From contig CAWCYX010000010.1 in NCBI GenBank assembly GCA_963799885.1, forward strand, positions 110,520 to 174,519: a stretch of 64,000 nt of DNA, written 5' to 3'. Shown one piece after another: positions 29,057 to 37,890 of the stretch. The notes below the pieces were generated by a model. That model was not told the DNA's origin. It made no database searches and saw nothing but the letters and a program-made list of their open reading frames with translations. Source of the stretch: an uncultured Gammaproteobacteria bacterium. GTDB lineage: Bacteria > Pseudomonadota > Gammaproteobacteria > Steroidobacterales > Steroidobacteraceae. The position numbers and the translations under genes were made by a program. How positions within the stretch are numbered: position 1 is the stretch's first letter; every line of letters starts with the position of its first letter.

Positions 29057-29127
29057 GAAGTCATCTCGATAGCGGGCTCCGCCGCTTGTGTGGCAATGCT
29101 ACTTGGTGGTCGCGCGTTCATACTCCG

Positions 29128-29155
29128 TTAGATTGCCCTCGCCACTCCTAGTTCC
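29128..29155 (-). promoter_or_regulatory. SigmaE-type promoter candidate for Gly-rich copy 2
   Basis: The minus strand reads GGAACT-aggagtggcgagggcaa-TCTAA (17-nt spacer). It lies about 70 nt upstream of ATG 29056. Confidence 0.4.
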
Positions 29156-29220
29156 GATTCACACTGCCGGAATGTCGTATTGTGATTATCTGAAGCACCG
29201 CGCGGAGCAAAGCGGCAGCG

Positions 29221-29272
29221 TTCTCTAATAGTTTGCTCGCCTGCTTTTAATCTCCAGGGAGTACGCTGCAGG
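29221..29272 (+). repeat. Copy A of a roughly 50-bp direct repeat (candidate promoter/operator module)
   Basis: ttctctaatagtttgCTCGCCTGCTTTTAATCTCcaggGAGTAcgCTGCagg. The 19-nt core at 29236-29254 differs at one base from 29660-29678. It ends about 150 nt before ATG 29403. Confidence 0.5.
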
Positions 29273-29402
29273 TGTGGATGCAACGATGACCATTCACCAT
29301 AACTGCAAACGCGGCGCCATGAGCAGGCACCCACGGCTGTCCGCGTCGACTCTTATCATCGGTTTGCGCGCTGTTCTTGATGGGTGTGTGAAGTGCGGGT
29401 TT

Positions 29403-29600
29403 ATGATTCGTGCGCTGGTGTGCGTCGTAGCTGTAACGGCCGGATGCTCGTACCTACGGGCGTCGTCGGATCCTTCTGCACCCAATCGGTGCTACGCTGA
29501 GTCAGGATGGCTTGACTCATCGAACGGCTGTTCCGTGAGGGCGGGGTACCCAGATTGCTATTTGGTCTGTCCGGATAAAGGGACGCGACGACGTTTGTAG
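29403..29600 (+). CDS. Small Cys-rich putative lipoprotein (65 aa)
   Basis: Internal ATG of ORF 29274-29600. MIRALVCVVAVTAGC (lipobox-like) is followed by SYLRASSDPSAPNRCYAESGWLDSSNGCSVRAGYPDCYLVCPDKGTRRRL, which has six Cys in the mature part. The SD is weak, so it is hypothetical. Confidence 0.4.
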   Translation: MIRALVCVVAVTAGCSYLRASSDPSAPNRCYAESGWLDSSNGCSVRAGYPDCYLVCPDKGTRRRL

Positions 29601-29644
29601 AAGGAACTCAGCAGGTGCTGCTGGAGTAAAAAAGTTCAGAGCAT

Positions 29645-29699
29645 GTTTTTAATGTATCTCTCGCCTGCCTTTAATCTCGACCGAGTATCTGGCTGCCGG
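29645..29699 (+). repeat. Copy B of the roughly 50-bp direct repeat
   Basis: gtttttaatgtatctCTCGCCTGCCTTTAATCTCgaccGAGTAtctggCTGCcgg. It ends about 135-155 nt before ATG 29833. Confidence 0.5.
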
Positions 29700-29832
29700 A
29701 TTGTTAGCGGCGCTGGGCCCGACGCGCCCCCGCCAAGAGTTGCCGTCTATTCATAGCGCGTCCGCCAAAGCGTAACAATCGCGATTCAAACTCCCCACAC
29801 ACGACAGGGTCAATCGCGCACGCGGAGGTATC

Positions 29833-29991
29833 ATGAAGTCAACCAGATTCATCCAACCCGCTCACCGAAGAAGTTTCCGATTTGCAATCGCCGCGGCCTT
29901 CCTTCTCGGCCTGGGCGTGCTCGCCGCTTCCCGAATGCCGCAGTGGTTCGGATCGCATACGAAGACCGCACTCGCGACCGCAGTCCAATGA
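29833..29991 (+). CDS. Small membrane/exported peptide (52 aa), hypothetical
   Basis: Below the ORF-track size cutoff. Own translation: MKSTRFIQPAHRRSFRFAIAAAFLLGLGVLAASRMPQWFGSHTKTALATAVQ*. GGAGG lies at 29824-29828, 4 nt before the ATG. It has an RRxF plus hydrophobic stretch resembling a Tat/TM signal. Confidence 0.3.
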   Translation: MKSTRFIQPAHRRSFRFAIAAAFLLGLGVLAASRMPQWFGSHTKTALATAVQ

Positions 29992-30020
29992 CTCACCGAT
30001 GACGCTCGCGGCCCGAGGAG

Positions 30021-30878
30021 CTAGCCGAAGCGGCCGGTAATGTAATCTTCGGTGAGCCGTTGCTGCGGGTTGGTGAATATCAGGTCCGTGGGTCCGATCT
30101 CCACCAGGTCGCCGAGGTGAAAATAGGCCGTGCGCTGCGAGACCCGTGCGGCCTGCTGCATGTTGTGAGTCACGATCGCAATGGCGTAGTTTTCTTTGAG
30201 TTCGTCGACCAAGTCCTCGATTCTCGCGCTCGCGATCGGGTCCAACGCCGAGGTGGGTTCGTCCATCAGAATGACCTCCGGATTCACCGCGATCGTGCGC
30301 GCGATGCACAGACGCTGCTGCTGGCCGCCGGAGAGGCTCGTACCGGGCTGCGACAAGCGGTCCTTGACCTCCTCCCACAATCCGGCGCGCTGCAGGCTGG
30401 TGTTCACCAGTTCGTCCATGTCGCCCCGGTTCCTGGTCAGGCCATGAATCCGCGGACCGTAAGCGACATTCGCATAGATGGATTGCGGAAAAGGCGTCGG
30501 CTTCTGGAATACAATCCCGACGCGCGCTCGGAGCTGTGCGACGTCCTGCTTCCGATCGTAGATATTCTCACCGTCGAGGGTGATCTCTCCCTCGACGCGG
30601 GCGCTCGGAATCGTGTCGTTCATGCGGTTCAGGCAGCGTAAGAACGTCGATTTTCCGCAGCCCGACGGACCGATCATGGCCAGCACCTGGTTGCGGCCGA
30701 TGTCGAGACTCACGTTTTTGACCGCATGTTTGTCCCCGTAATACACGTTGACGCGATGTGCGGCCATGACGGGGTCGGGAATCGAATCGCGAACGGCCGG
30801 AGCACCGGCGGCAGCGGGGTCGCCGGAGCGGCCCGACCCGGCCGCTGGGTTCCTGACGGAGATCTGTTCCATGCCCAT
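30021..30878 (-). CDS. pstB: Phosphate ABC transporter ATP-binding protein, second tandem copy
   Basis: 285 aa. Motifs [46 protein letters not shown] (Walker A), [33 protein letters not shown], and C-terminal YITGRFG. Confidence 0.9.
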   Translation of the reverse strand: MGMEQISVRNPAAGSGRSGDPAAAGAPAVRDSIPDPVMAAHRVNVYYGDKHAVKNVSLDIGRNQVLAMIGPSGCGKSTFLRCLNRMNDTIPSARVEGEITLDGENIYDRKQDVAQLRARVGIVFQKPTPFPQSIYANVAYGPRIHGLTRNRGDMDELVNTSLQRAGLWEEVKDRLSQPGTSLSGGQQQRLCIARTIAVNPEVILMDEPTSALDPIASARIEDLVDELKENYAIAIVTHNMQQAARVSQRTAYFHLGDLVEIGPTDLIFTNPQQRLTEDYITGRFG

Positions 30879-30888
30879 ACCTTGAATC

Positions 30889-31725
30889 CTATCCGAAACG
30901 CCCGGTGATGTAGTCGTCGGTCCGTCGATCCCTGGGCGCCGTGAAGATTTCGCCGGAGGCGCCGATCTCGACGAGTTCCCCCAAATACATGAAGCCCGTG
31001 ATGTTGGACACCCGCGCCGCCTGCTGCAAATTATGCGTCACCACCACGATGCAATATTTCTCGCGCAGCGCCTGCAAGGTCTCCTCGACCCGCAGCGTCG
31101 AAATCGGATCGAGCGCCGCCGTCGGTTCGTCGAGCAGCAGGACCTCCGGCTGCACCGCGACGGCGCGGGCGATGCACAACCGCTGCTGTTGACCGCCCGA
31201 GAGGCTCCGGCCGTCGGCAGCCAGCTTGTCCTTGACCTCGTCCCAAATCGCTGCATCGCGCAGGGCAGACTCGACCCGCAGCTTCATATCGGCGGCGCGC
31301 ACTCCCCCCGCCAGCCGCAAGCCGAAAGCAACATTGTCGAACACCGACATCGGAAACGGGGTCGGCTTTTGAAACACCATGCCGACGCGGTACCGCAATT
31401 CGGCCACGTCGACAGCCGGACCCAAGATATCCCTGCCGCCGATCAGCACCTCGCCCTCCGCGCGCTGCTTCGGATAGAGCGCGTACATGCGATTGAGCAC
31501 CCGCAGCAGCGTCGACTTACCGCAGCCGGACGGGCCGATGAAGGCCGTAATGGAGCGGTCGGGGAGCGCCAAATTGATGCCGTGCAGCGCTTGAAGTTCG
31601 CCGTAAAAGAAATTGAGCGAGCGAATCTCGATTTTTGGGGGGCCGGTGTCGACGATCTCGGAGGCGCCGGCCGGAGCGGGCGGACGCATCTTCATATGTC
31701 TGGGCGGTTTGGTCGACGGGATCAT
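30889..31725 (-). CDS. pstB: Phosphate ABC transporter ATP-binding protein, first tandem copy
   Basis: Start ATG 31725 overlaps the pstA stop (ATGA). Motifs: [89 protein letters not shown]. Confidence 0.9.
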   Translation of the reverse strand: MIPSTKPPRHMKMRPPAPAGASEIVDTGPPKIEIRSLNFFYGELQALHGINLALPDRSITAFIGPSGCGKSTLLRVLNRMYALYPKQRAEGEVLIGGRDILGPAVDVAELRYRVGMVFQKPTPFPMSVFDNVAFGLRLAGGVRAADMKLRVESALRDAAIWDEVKDKLAADGRSLSGGQQQRLCIARAVAVQPEVLLLDEPTAALDPISTLRVEETLQALREKYCIVVVTHNLQQAARVSNITGFMYLGELVEIGASGEIFTAPRDRRTDDYITGRFG

Positions 31726-32573
31726 CGCCCGCCCCGCTCGGCCTGCAGAACGGCCAAGATGACCCGCGCAGAGATGCTCAAGATCAGAATACTCACCGTG
31801 ATGATGAGCGCGCCGGCCCAGGCGAGATTCTGCCATTCCTTATAGGGACTCAATGCAAACTGGAATATCACCACGGGAAGATTGGCCATGGGAGCGTTCA
31901 GGTTCGTGCTCCAGAATTGATTATTGAGGGCCGTGAACAACAGCGGCGCCGTCTCGCCGCTGATGCGCGCTATCGCCAGCAACAGGCCGGTTACGATCCC
32001 ACTGCGCGCGGCGGGATAGAGCACGCTGACGATGGTCCGCCAAGGATACGCGCCGAGAGCGGCGGACGAATCCTTCATTCCGATCGGCACCAGATTGAGC
32101 ATGTCCTCGGTGGTTCGCAGGGTGACCGGAATGGCCAGTACTGCGAGCGCCAGGGCCCCGGCGATCGCGGAGAAATGACCCGTCTTGACGACCACGATCT
32201 CATAGATGAACAGCCCGATGATGATCGAGGGCGCACTCAGGAGCACGTCGTTGATGAAGCGAATCACCGTGCTCAGGCGGGAATTGCGCCCATATTCGGC
32301 CAGATATGTGCCCGCCAGAACTCCGATCGGCGAGCCGATCAAAATGCCGAGCAAGGTCATCATAGCGCTGCCGTAAAGCGCATTGAGCAATCCGCCTTCG
32401 TTGCCGGGCGGGGGCGTCATCTGCGTAAACAAGTGCCATGACATCCCGGCCAGTCCGTGCGAGATCAACGTCCAAAGAATGGCCGCCAGGCACGCCAGAC
32501 CCGCCAACGTCGCCAGCAAGGAGAGCGACAGGAATATCGCATTCTTCGCCTTTCGATAGCTACGCCGATTCAT
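31722..32573 (-). CDS. pstA: Phosphate ABC transporter permease PstA
   Basis: 283 aa, 6-TM permease with an EAA-like loop ([10 protein letters not shown]...). Its position between pstC and pstB supports the call. Confidence 0.9.
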   Translation of the reverse strand: MNRRSYRKAKNAIFLSLSLLATLAGLACLAAILWTLISHGLAGMSWHLFTQMTPPPGNEGGLLNALYGSAMMTLLGILIGSPIGVLAGTYLAEYGRNSRLSTVIRFINDVLLSAPSIIIGLFIYEIVVVKTGHFSAIAGALALAVLAIPVTLRTTEDMLNLVPIGMKDSSAALGAYPWRTIVSVLYPAARSGIVTGLLLAIARISGETAPLLFTALNNQFWSTNLNAPMANLPVVIFQFALSPYKEWQNLAWAGALIITVSILILSISARVILAVLQAERGGR

Positions 32574-32576
32574 GGC

Positions 32577-33530
32577 CTACAGGGGAACCCGTTGTTCGAG
32601 CCGGCGCAACAGCGCTTGGGCGGCCGCAATGACGGTGAACGTGATGAGGAACAGCAGCAGGCCGAGCGCAATCAGCGACGATGTATAAAGATCTCCTACG
32701 GCCTCGGTGAATTCGTTGGCAATGGACGACGAAATGGTCGTCCCCGGCGCGAGCAGCGAGGTGCTGATCCGATGGGCGTTGCCGATCACGAATGTCACCG
32801 CCATCGTCTCGCCCAGAGCCCGGCCGAGGCCCAGCATGATGCCGCCGACGATGCCCACCCGTGAATGCGGAACCACGACGTTCCAAATGACCTCCCAGGT
32901 GGTCGCCCCCAGTCCGTAACCCGATTCCTTCAGCATGGGCGGCACGGTATCGAAGACGTCGCGCATGGTGGCTGCAATGAACGGCAGCACCATAATCGCC
33001 AAGACGAAGCCCGCTGTTAAGATGCCGATGCCGAAGGGCGGCCCCATGAACAAGCGGTTGACGCCCGGAATGGAATGCGCATGGTCGATCAGCCACGGCT
33101 GCACATGGCGCTGAAGCACCGGTGCCAGGACGAACAATCCCCAAATGCCGAAGATGATGCTGGGTACCGCCGCCAGTAATTCGACCGCCACACCGATGGG
33201 GCGTTTCAGCAACGGCGGGCATAATTCGGTTAGAAACAGCGCGATTCCGAATCCCGCCGGTACCGCGAGCGCCATGGCGATCAGGGATGTGACCACCGTA
33301 CCGTAGATCGGCGCCAGCGCACCGTACTCATCCGTGACTGGATTCCAAATCTCACGGGTGATGAAGGAGAAGCCGAAGTGCCGCGCCGCCGGCCAGGCGC
33401 CGCGCATCAAGGAGAGGGCCACCCCGCCCAGGATGATCAGCACAAGGATCGCAGCCACAAGCGTCCCTGCTCGGAAGATCCTCTCGTAAATCAACTGCTT
33501 TGCGGCGTGCCTCGAATCGATGATCGCCAC
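32577..33530 (-). CDS. pstC: Phosphate ABC transporter permease PstC
   Basis: 317 aa. Motifs GALAPIYGTVVTSLIAMALAVPAGFGIALFLTE and ESGYGLGATTWEVIW. It lies after pstS. Confidence 0.9.
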   Translation of the reverse strand: MAIIDSRHAAKQLIYERIFRAGTLVAAILVLIILGGVALSLMRGAWPAARHFGFSFITREIWNPVTDEYGALAPIYGTVVTSLIAMALAVPAGFGIALFLTELCPPLLKRPIGVAVELLAAVPSIIFGIWGLFVLAPVLQRHVQPWLIDHAHSIPGVNRLFMGPPFGIGILTAGFVLAIMVLPFIAATMRDVFDTVPPMLKESGYGLGATTWEVIWNVVVPHSRVGIVGGIMLGLGRALGETMAVTFVIGNAHRISTSLLAPGTTISSSIANEFTEAVGDLYTSSLIALGLLLFLITFTVIAAAQALLRRLEQRVPL

Positions 33531-33572
33531 GATGTCAGTTTCGCTCCCGCCACAACCGAAATCTCAGCGAGG

Positions 33573-34613
33573 CTACTTGCCGCTCCAAACCGGATGACCA
33601 CCCGACGAAATGGACGACATCCAAGTCGCCTTGACCTGCGCGATCAACGGGGCCGGCAGCGGCACATAGTCGAGCTCAGCGGCCATCGCGCCACCGTCCT
33701 TGTACGCCCAGGCGAAGAACTTGAGGGCCTCGCCGACCGCAGGCGCATCCGAGGGCTCCTTGTAAACAAGGATAAAGCTTGCGCCCGTGATTGGCCAACT
33801 CTTGGCGCCCTCCTGGTCGGTGAGGATCAGATAATAGCCTTCCGCATGGCTCCAGTCCGCATTGGCCGCGGCCGCCTGGAAGGACTCGGTGCTGGGTTGG
33901 ACCGCCTTGCCCGCCTTGTTGACGAGTTGCGAATAAGCCATCTTGTTCTGTTTGGCGTAGGCGTATTCGACGTAGCCGATGGCACCGTCGGTTTGCGTAG
34001 TCATGTTGGCAACACCTTCGTTGCCTTTCGCGCCGATGCCCGTGGGCCATTGCACCGAGGAATTCGCGCCAATGGTGGATTTGAACTTCGAACTTTCCTT
34101 GGACAGATAGTCGGTGAACAGGAAATTGGTGCCCGAGCCGTCGGATCGATACACCGGCGCGATCGCGGTGGCCGGAAGCGCCAACTTTGGATTGAGCTTC
34201 TTGATGGCTGGATCATCCCATTTCGCGATATCCCCGAGGTAAATGGCGGCTATCGTGGCGCCGTCCAACAGCAGCTGACCGGGCGCGATGCCCTTGATGT
34301 TGACGACGGGGACCACCCCTCCGATGATCATCGGAAACTGGACGAGACCCGCCTCCTTCAAGTCTTCCGGCTTCAGCGGCATGTCGGAGGCGCCGAAGGT
34401 GACCGTCTTGGCCTTGATCTGCTTGATGCCGCCGCCGGAACCGATCGATTGGTAGTTGAGGCCGACACCGGTCAGTTTCTTGTAAGCGTCGGCCCACTTG
34501 GCGTAGATCGGATAGGGAAAAGTGGCTCCAGCTCCCGAAATGTCCACTGCGGCGGCGGACAGGCTCATGCCGACCGCGGCTGCCGCAACCAGAATGCGTG
34601 TAATCATTGTCAT
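33573..34613 (-). CDS. pstS: Periplasmic phosphate-binding protein PstS
   Basis: 346 aa. Signal peptide, then [22 protein letters not shown]...[13 protein letters not shown]...FGASDMPL...[15 protein letters not shown]. Confidence 0.92.
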   Translation of the reverse strand: MTMITRILVAAAAVGMSLSAAAVDISGAGATFPYPIYAKWADAYKKLTGVGLNYQSIGSGGGIKQIKAKTVTFGASDMPLKPEDLKEAGLVQFPMIIGGVVPVVNIKGIAPGQLLLDGATIAAIYLGDIAKWDDPAIKKLNPKLALPATAIAPVYRSDGSGTNFLFTDYLSKESSKFKSTIGANSSVQWPTGIGAKGNEGVANMTTQTDGAIGYVEYAYAKQNKMAYSQLVNKAGKAVQPSTESFQAAAANADWSHAEGYYLILTDQEGAKSWPITGASFILVYKEPSDAPAVGEALKFFAWAYKDGGAMAAELDYVPLPAPLIAQVKATWMSSISSGGHPVWSGK

Positions 34614-34744
34614 ATAGTATGGCTCCGATTCGATTGGCGCGGAATTATTGCTTGATCGACGCGCGTGAGATTAACCCGAAGAACCCCGGAGCAATTGCCG
34701 ACGGCGCTGGAATCCGAGATCCGCCAGCATGTTCAGGGTTGTAT

Positions 34745-34762
34745 GTTACGGTTTTGTGACAG
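34745..34762 (-). promoter_or_regulatory. Candidate Pho box upstream of pstS
   Basis: The minus strand reads CTGTCAC-aaaa-CCGTAAC: a good first 7-mer, a degenerate second and 11-bp periodicity. It is about 130 nt upstream of ATG 34613, in the divergent gap shared with the acetamidase gene. Confidence 0.4.
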
Positions 34763-34785
34763 TCGAGATTTGCGAGGAAATAATC

Positions 34786-35928
34786 ATGCATGTAACCGAA
34801 GACGCATCGAGCAGAAAGATGTCCGCGATCGCAGGGGGGGCCGCTCTGCTCCTGGGGCTGCTCCTGGGGATGAGCGCGCGGGATGCTCGTCCGGCCGACT
34901 CCACGGTGGCCACAGTGAAGTCGCGGCACTATTTTCTCCCGGCAACGGCGGAAAACGTGCAATGGGGCTGGTACGACCCCCAGGAGGTGCCGAAGCTCAC
35001 GGTCCATTCGGGCGACACGGTCTCGATTGAAACCCTGTCGCACTCGCTCGGCCGGATCAAGCCCGGGGTGGAAATACCCGAGATCATGAAGCTGCGGAAG
35101 GAGAACGACGGCGGAGGACCCCACTCGATAACCGGTCCCATCTACGTCGAAGGGGCAGAGCCGGGCGATACGTTGGAAGTGCGGATTCTAAAGATTGTGC
35201 CCAAACCGGATGCGTTCAACTTCAACCTGCCGGGCAGGGAGTTCCCATCCATCGGGCTGCTGCCCTCCGAGTTCCCCGACGGATTCGTCCGCTACTACAA
35301 ATTGAACCTGGCCAACATGACGACGGTGTTCAAGCCGGGGATCGTGATCGACCTCAAGCCGTTCCCGGGGACGTTCGCGGTGGGCGTCGACCCGAACGAA
35401 CCTGAAGCGAAGGCCGGTCCTCCCATCCGCGACGTCCGCGGCCGCACCAGCACATTGCGGCCCTGGAAGAATGGCTCGAATATGGATGTGAATGAGTTGC
35501 AGGCGGGCTCGATTCTGTACTTTCCCGTATTTCTCAAGGGCGGTTTGATCTGGACCGGCGATTCGCACTGCCGCCAAGGCAACGGCGAGGTCAACCTGAC
35601 GGCGCTGGAGTGCGCCTACGAGGAAATCGAAATCCAGCCCATCGTGCGCAAGGACTTGAAGACGGAATGGCCCTGGGCGGAGACGAAGTCGCACTGGATT
35701 TTCATGGGATTCGACGAAGACCTGAATCAGGCGATGAAGATTGCGGTCGAGCAGACCATTCATTGGCTATCGACGCAGGTAATCGTACCGATGAGCCGGG
35801 AGGAAGCCTATGCGTTGACGTCGATCGTGGGCGATTGCCGCGTGAGCCAGGTCGTCGATATCCGCAAGGGCGTGCATTGCATGATTCCGAAGTCGGTATT
35901 CGTCCGCGGCCGGCCGCTGCAGCGCTGA
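34786..35928 (+). CDS. Acetamidase/formamidase-family amidohydrolase with an N-terminal signal-like segment
   Basis: Track ORF is 34729-35928. ATG 34786 has GAGGA 7 nt upstream. Motifs: HYFLPATAENVQWGWYDP...LTVHSGDTVSIETLSH, GPIYVEGAEPGDTLEVRILKI, GSNMDVNELQAGSILYFPVFLKGGLIWTGDSHCRQGNGEVNLTALE. The N-terminus MSAIAGGAALLLGLLLGMSARDARPA looks exported. Confidence 0.8.
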   Translation: MHVTEDASSRKMSAIAGGAALLLGLLLGMSARDARPADSTVATVKSRHYFLPATAENVQWGWYDPQEVPKLTVHSGDTVSIETLSHSLGRIKPGVEIPEIMKLRKENDGGGPHSITGPIYVEGAEPGDTLEVRILKIVPKPDAFNFNLPGREFPSIGLLPSEFPDGFVRYYKLNLANMTTVFKPGIVIDLKPFPGTFAVGVDPNEPEAKAGPPIRDVRGRTSTLRPWKNGSNMDVNELQAGSILYFPVFLKGGLIWTGDSHCRQGNGEVNLTALECAYEEIEIQPIVRKDLKTEWPWAETKSHWIFMGFDEDLNQAMKIAVEQTIHWLSTQVIVPMSREEAYALTSIVGDCRVSQVVDIRKGVHCMIPKSVFVRGRPLQR

Positions 35929-35935
35929 GCGGCCG

Positions 35936-37486
35936 TCAGGCGTGATAGTCGGCCGCCGCGGTCTGATCGGCCGCCGCGCTCTTCGCGCCCATTATCGCGT
36001 TGAACACCGGGGTCAAGACGGCTGCGATGACGAGGTTCAATATCACCGTGTAGATGGCGGTGTAGCCCGGGAACGTGTATCCCCCCATTGCCAGCGGAAA
36101 AGTCGGCGTCAGTTTCGTTGCGACCGCCATCGCGGTACCCGCAATCGTGCCCGCCGCCCAACCGGCGAGTAGCGCCCAAGAATTGAACCACCGCGTATAC
36201 ACGCCGAGCATCACCGGAGGCAGAGTTTGAATGATCCAGATTCCGCCCAACAATTGCAGCTGGATGGCGTATTGCGTCGGCACGAAAAGAATGAATACGA
36301 GCGCACCGACCTTGACGATCAGCGACACCAGCTTCGCCATGTGCGATTCCTGCCTGTCGGTCGGGTTCTTATTGATGAACTCGCGATGAATGTTGCGGGT
36401 ATACAGATTGGCGGCGGCAATCGACATGATGGCGGCGGGCACCAGGGCGCCGATACCGATCGCGGCGAAAGCGATGCCCACGAACCAAGACGGAAAGCTG
36501 TGGAGCAGTAAGGCGGGTACCGCAAAGTTGTTGCCGAACTGTTTGAAACCCGTCGCGTATTCGGGAAGCTTGTCGACCCCGGCGGCGATGACGAAGAATC
36601 CGAACAGTGCCAGCAGGCCCAGCATGAAGGTATAGCCCGGGAGCATGGCCGCGTTGCGGCGAATGGCATGACCGCTGCTGGCGCTCAAGATACCTGTCAG
36701 CGAGTGAGGATAGAGGAACAGTGCAAGCGCCGAGCCCAGCGCCAGGGTCGCGTAGGCGCTATAGGAGCCCGTCGTATGCGGTCCCGGTGCCGCCAGCAGA
36801 AGCTTCTGCGCCGGCACGGCCGCAAAAATGTGATGGAAACCGCCCAGCTCGATCGGGATCACGATGATTGCGGCCAACGCCGTGATGTAAATCAAGATGT
36901 CCTTGACGATCGCGATCGACGCCGGTGCGCGAAGCCCGCTCGAATAGGTGAAGGCGGCGAGCACCACGAACGCGACGATCAGCGGCAGATCTCCGGCGAG
37001 CCCCGAACCCGAAACTCCCAGCGCGCCGATCACCACCTGGATGCCGACGAGCTGCAAGGCGATGTACGGCATGGTCGCCACGATTCCGGTGATGGTCACC
37101 GCCAGTGCCAGCCAGCGATTTCCGAACCGGCCGCGTACGAAATCGCCGGCGGTGATGTAGCCGTGCTTATGGCACACGTGCCAGAGCCGGCGATATACCA
37201 GGAATAGCAGCGGGTAGATGATGATCGTATACGGGACCGCGAAGAACGCGACGGCGCCTGCGCCGAAGGCCAGCGCCGGCACGGCGATGAATGTATACGC
37301 CGTGTAGATGTCGCCGCCCACCAGAAACCAGGTAATGAGGGTGCCGAAGCGGCGGCCGCCCAAGCCCCATTCATGCAATTGATCCAGGTCGCCCTTGCGC
37401 CAATGAGCGGCGGCAAAGCCGAGCCAGGTAATGAAGCCAAACAACGCCACGAAAATACTGAGCGCAATCCAGTTCACTTCCCGCAC
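35936..37486 (-). CDS. Sodium:solute symporter (SSS) family transporter
   Basis: 516 aa, about 13 TM. Contains GGRRFGTLITWFLVGGDIYTAYTFIAVPA. It is paired with an upstream DUF3311-like small membrane protein. Confidence 0.88.
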   Translation of the reverse strand: MREVNWIALSIFVALFGFITWLGFAAAHWRKGDLDQLHEWGLGGRRFGTLITWFLVGGDIYTAYTFIAVPALAFGAGAVAFFAVPYTIIIYPLLFLVYRRLWHVCHKHGYITAGDFVRGRFGNRWLALAVTITGIVATMPYIALQLVGIQVVIGALGVSGSGLAGDLPLIVAFVVLAAFTYSSGLRAPASIAIVKDILIYITALAAIIVIPIELGGFHHIFAAVPAQKLLLAAPGPHTTGSYSAYATLALGSALALFLYPHSLTGILSASSGHAIRRNAAMLPGYTFMLGLLALFGFFVIAAGVDKLPEYATGFKQFGNNFAVPALLLHSFPSWFVGIAFAAIGIGALVPAAIMSIAAANLYTRNIHREFINKNPTDRQESHMAKLVSLIVKVGALVFILFVPTQYAIQLQLLGGIWIIQTLPPVMLGVYTRWFNSWALLAGWAAGTIAGTAMAVATKLTPTFPLAMGGYTFPGYTAIYTVILNLVIAAVLTPVFNAIMGAKSAAADQTAAADYHA

Positions 37487-37543
37487 GACAATCTCCCGCC
37501 GTTTCGTCTAGTTGTGCTTTTTATTCAGGCGCCGGTCGTAAAG

Positions 37544-37750
37544 TCAATCGCTGGTGGCAAAATAAACGACCGCCGTGAATACCGCGCTCACGATGACCCA
37601 CAGGAGCTGGAACCAGTAGAAAAAGGGAATGCCCAGCAATGTGGGCTCGATCTTATTGTAAAAGGGCGGCCAGAGAGCGACTGCGAACTGAATGACGAAG
37701 AGCAGGTACCACCAGCTCCATCCGCCGCGCTTCTTGTGCGCGTCTATCAT
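37544..37750 (-). CDS. Small two-TM membrane protein (DUF3311-like), companion of the SSS transporter
   Basis: 68 aa: WSWWYLLFVIQFAVALWPPFYNKIEPTLLGIPFFYWFQLLWVIVSAVFTAVVYF. It is immediately upstream of the symporter. Confidence 0.7.
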   Translation of the reverse strand: MIDAHKKRGGWSWWYLLFVIQFAVALWPPFYNKIEPTLLGIPFFYWFQLLWVIVSAVFTAVVYFATSD

Positions 37751-37890
37751 TGCGTGGCCCCTCCTTCGGCCCGAGTGCCGCCCGTTCAGGCTGATCGTAC
37801 CTGAATCCGGCGTAGGACTAGTGGAATTTTTGTATCTTTCTCACTACGACCGCGCTCCGGGCCTGCCGGAGTTGGCGCGCTTGTGAACTC

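Noticed and set aside
29606-29640. A hairpin-like ACTCAGCAG-gtg-CTGCTGGAGT followed by an A-run after the small lipoprotein ORF, as a possible terminator.
   Set aside because: The stem has a bulge. On the plus strand it is followed by an A-run, not a U-run. On the minus strand the T-run precedes the stem. Neither orientation fits an intrinsic terminator.
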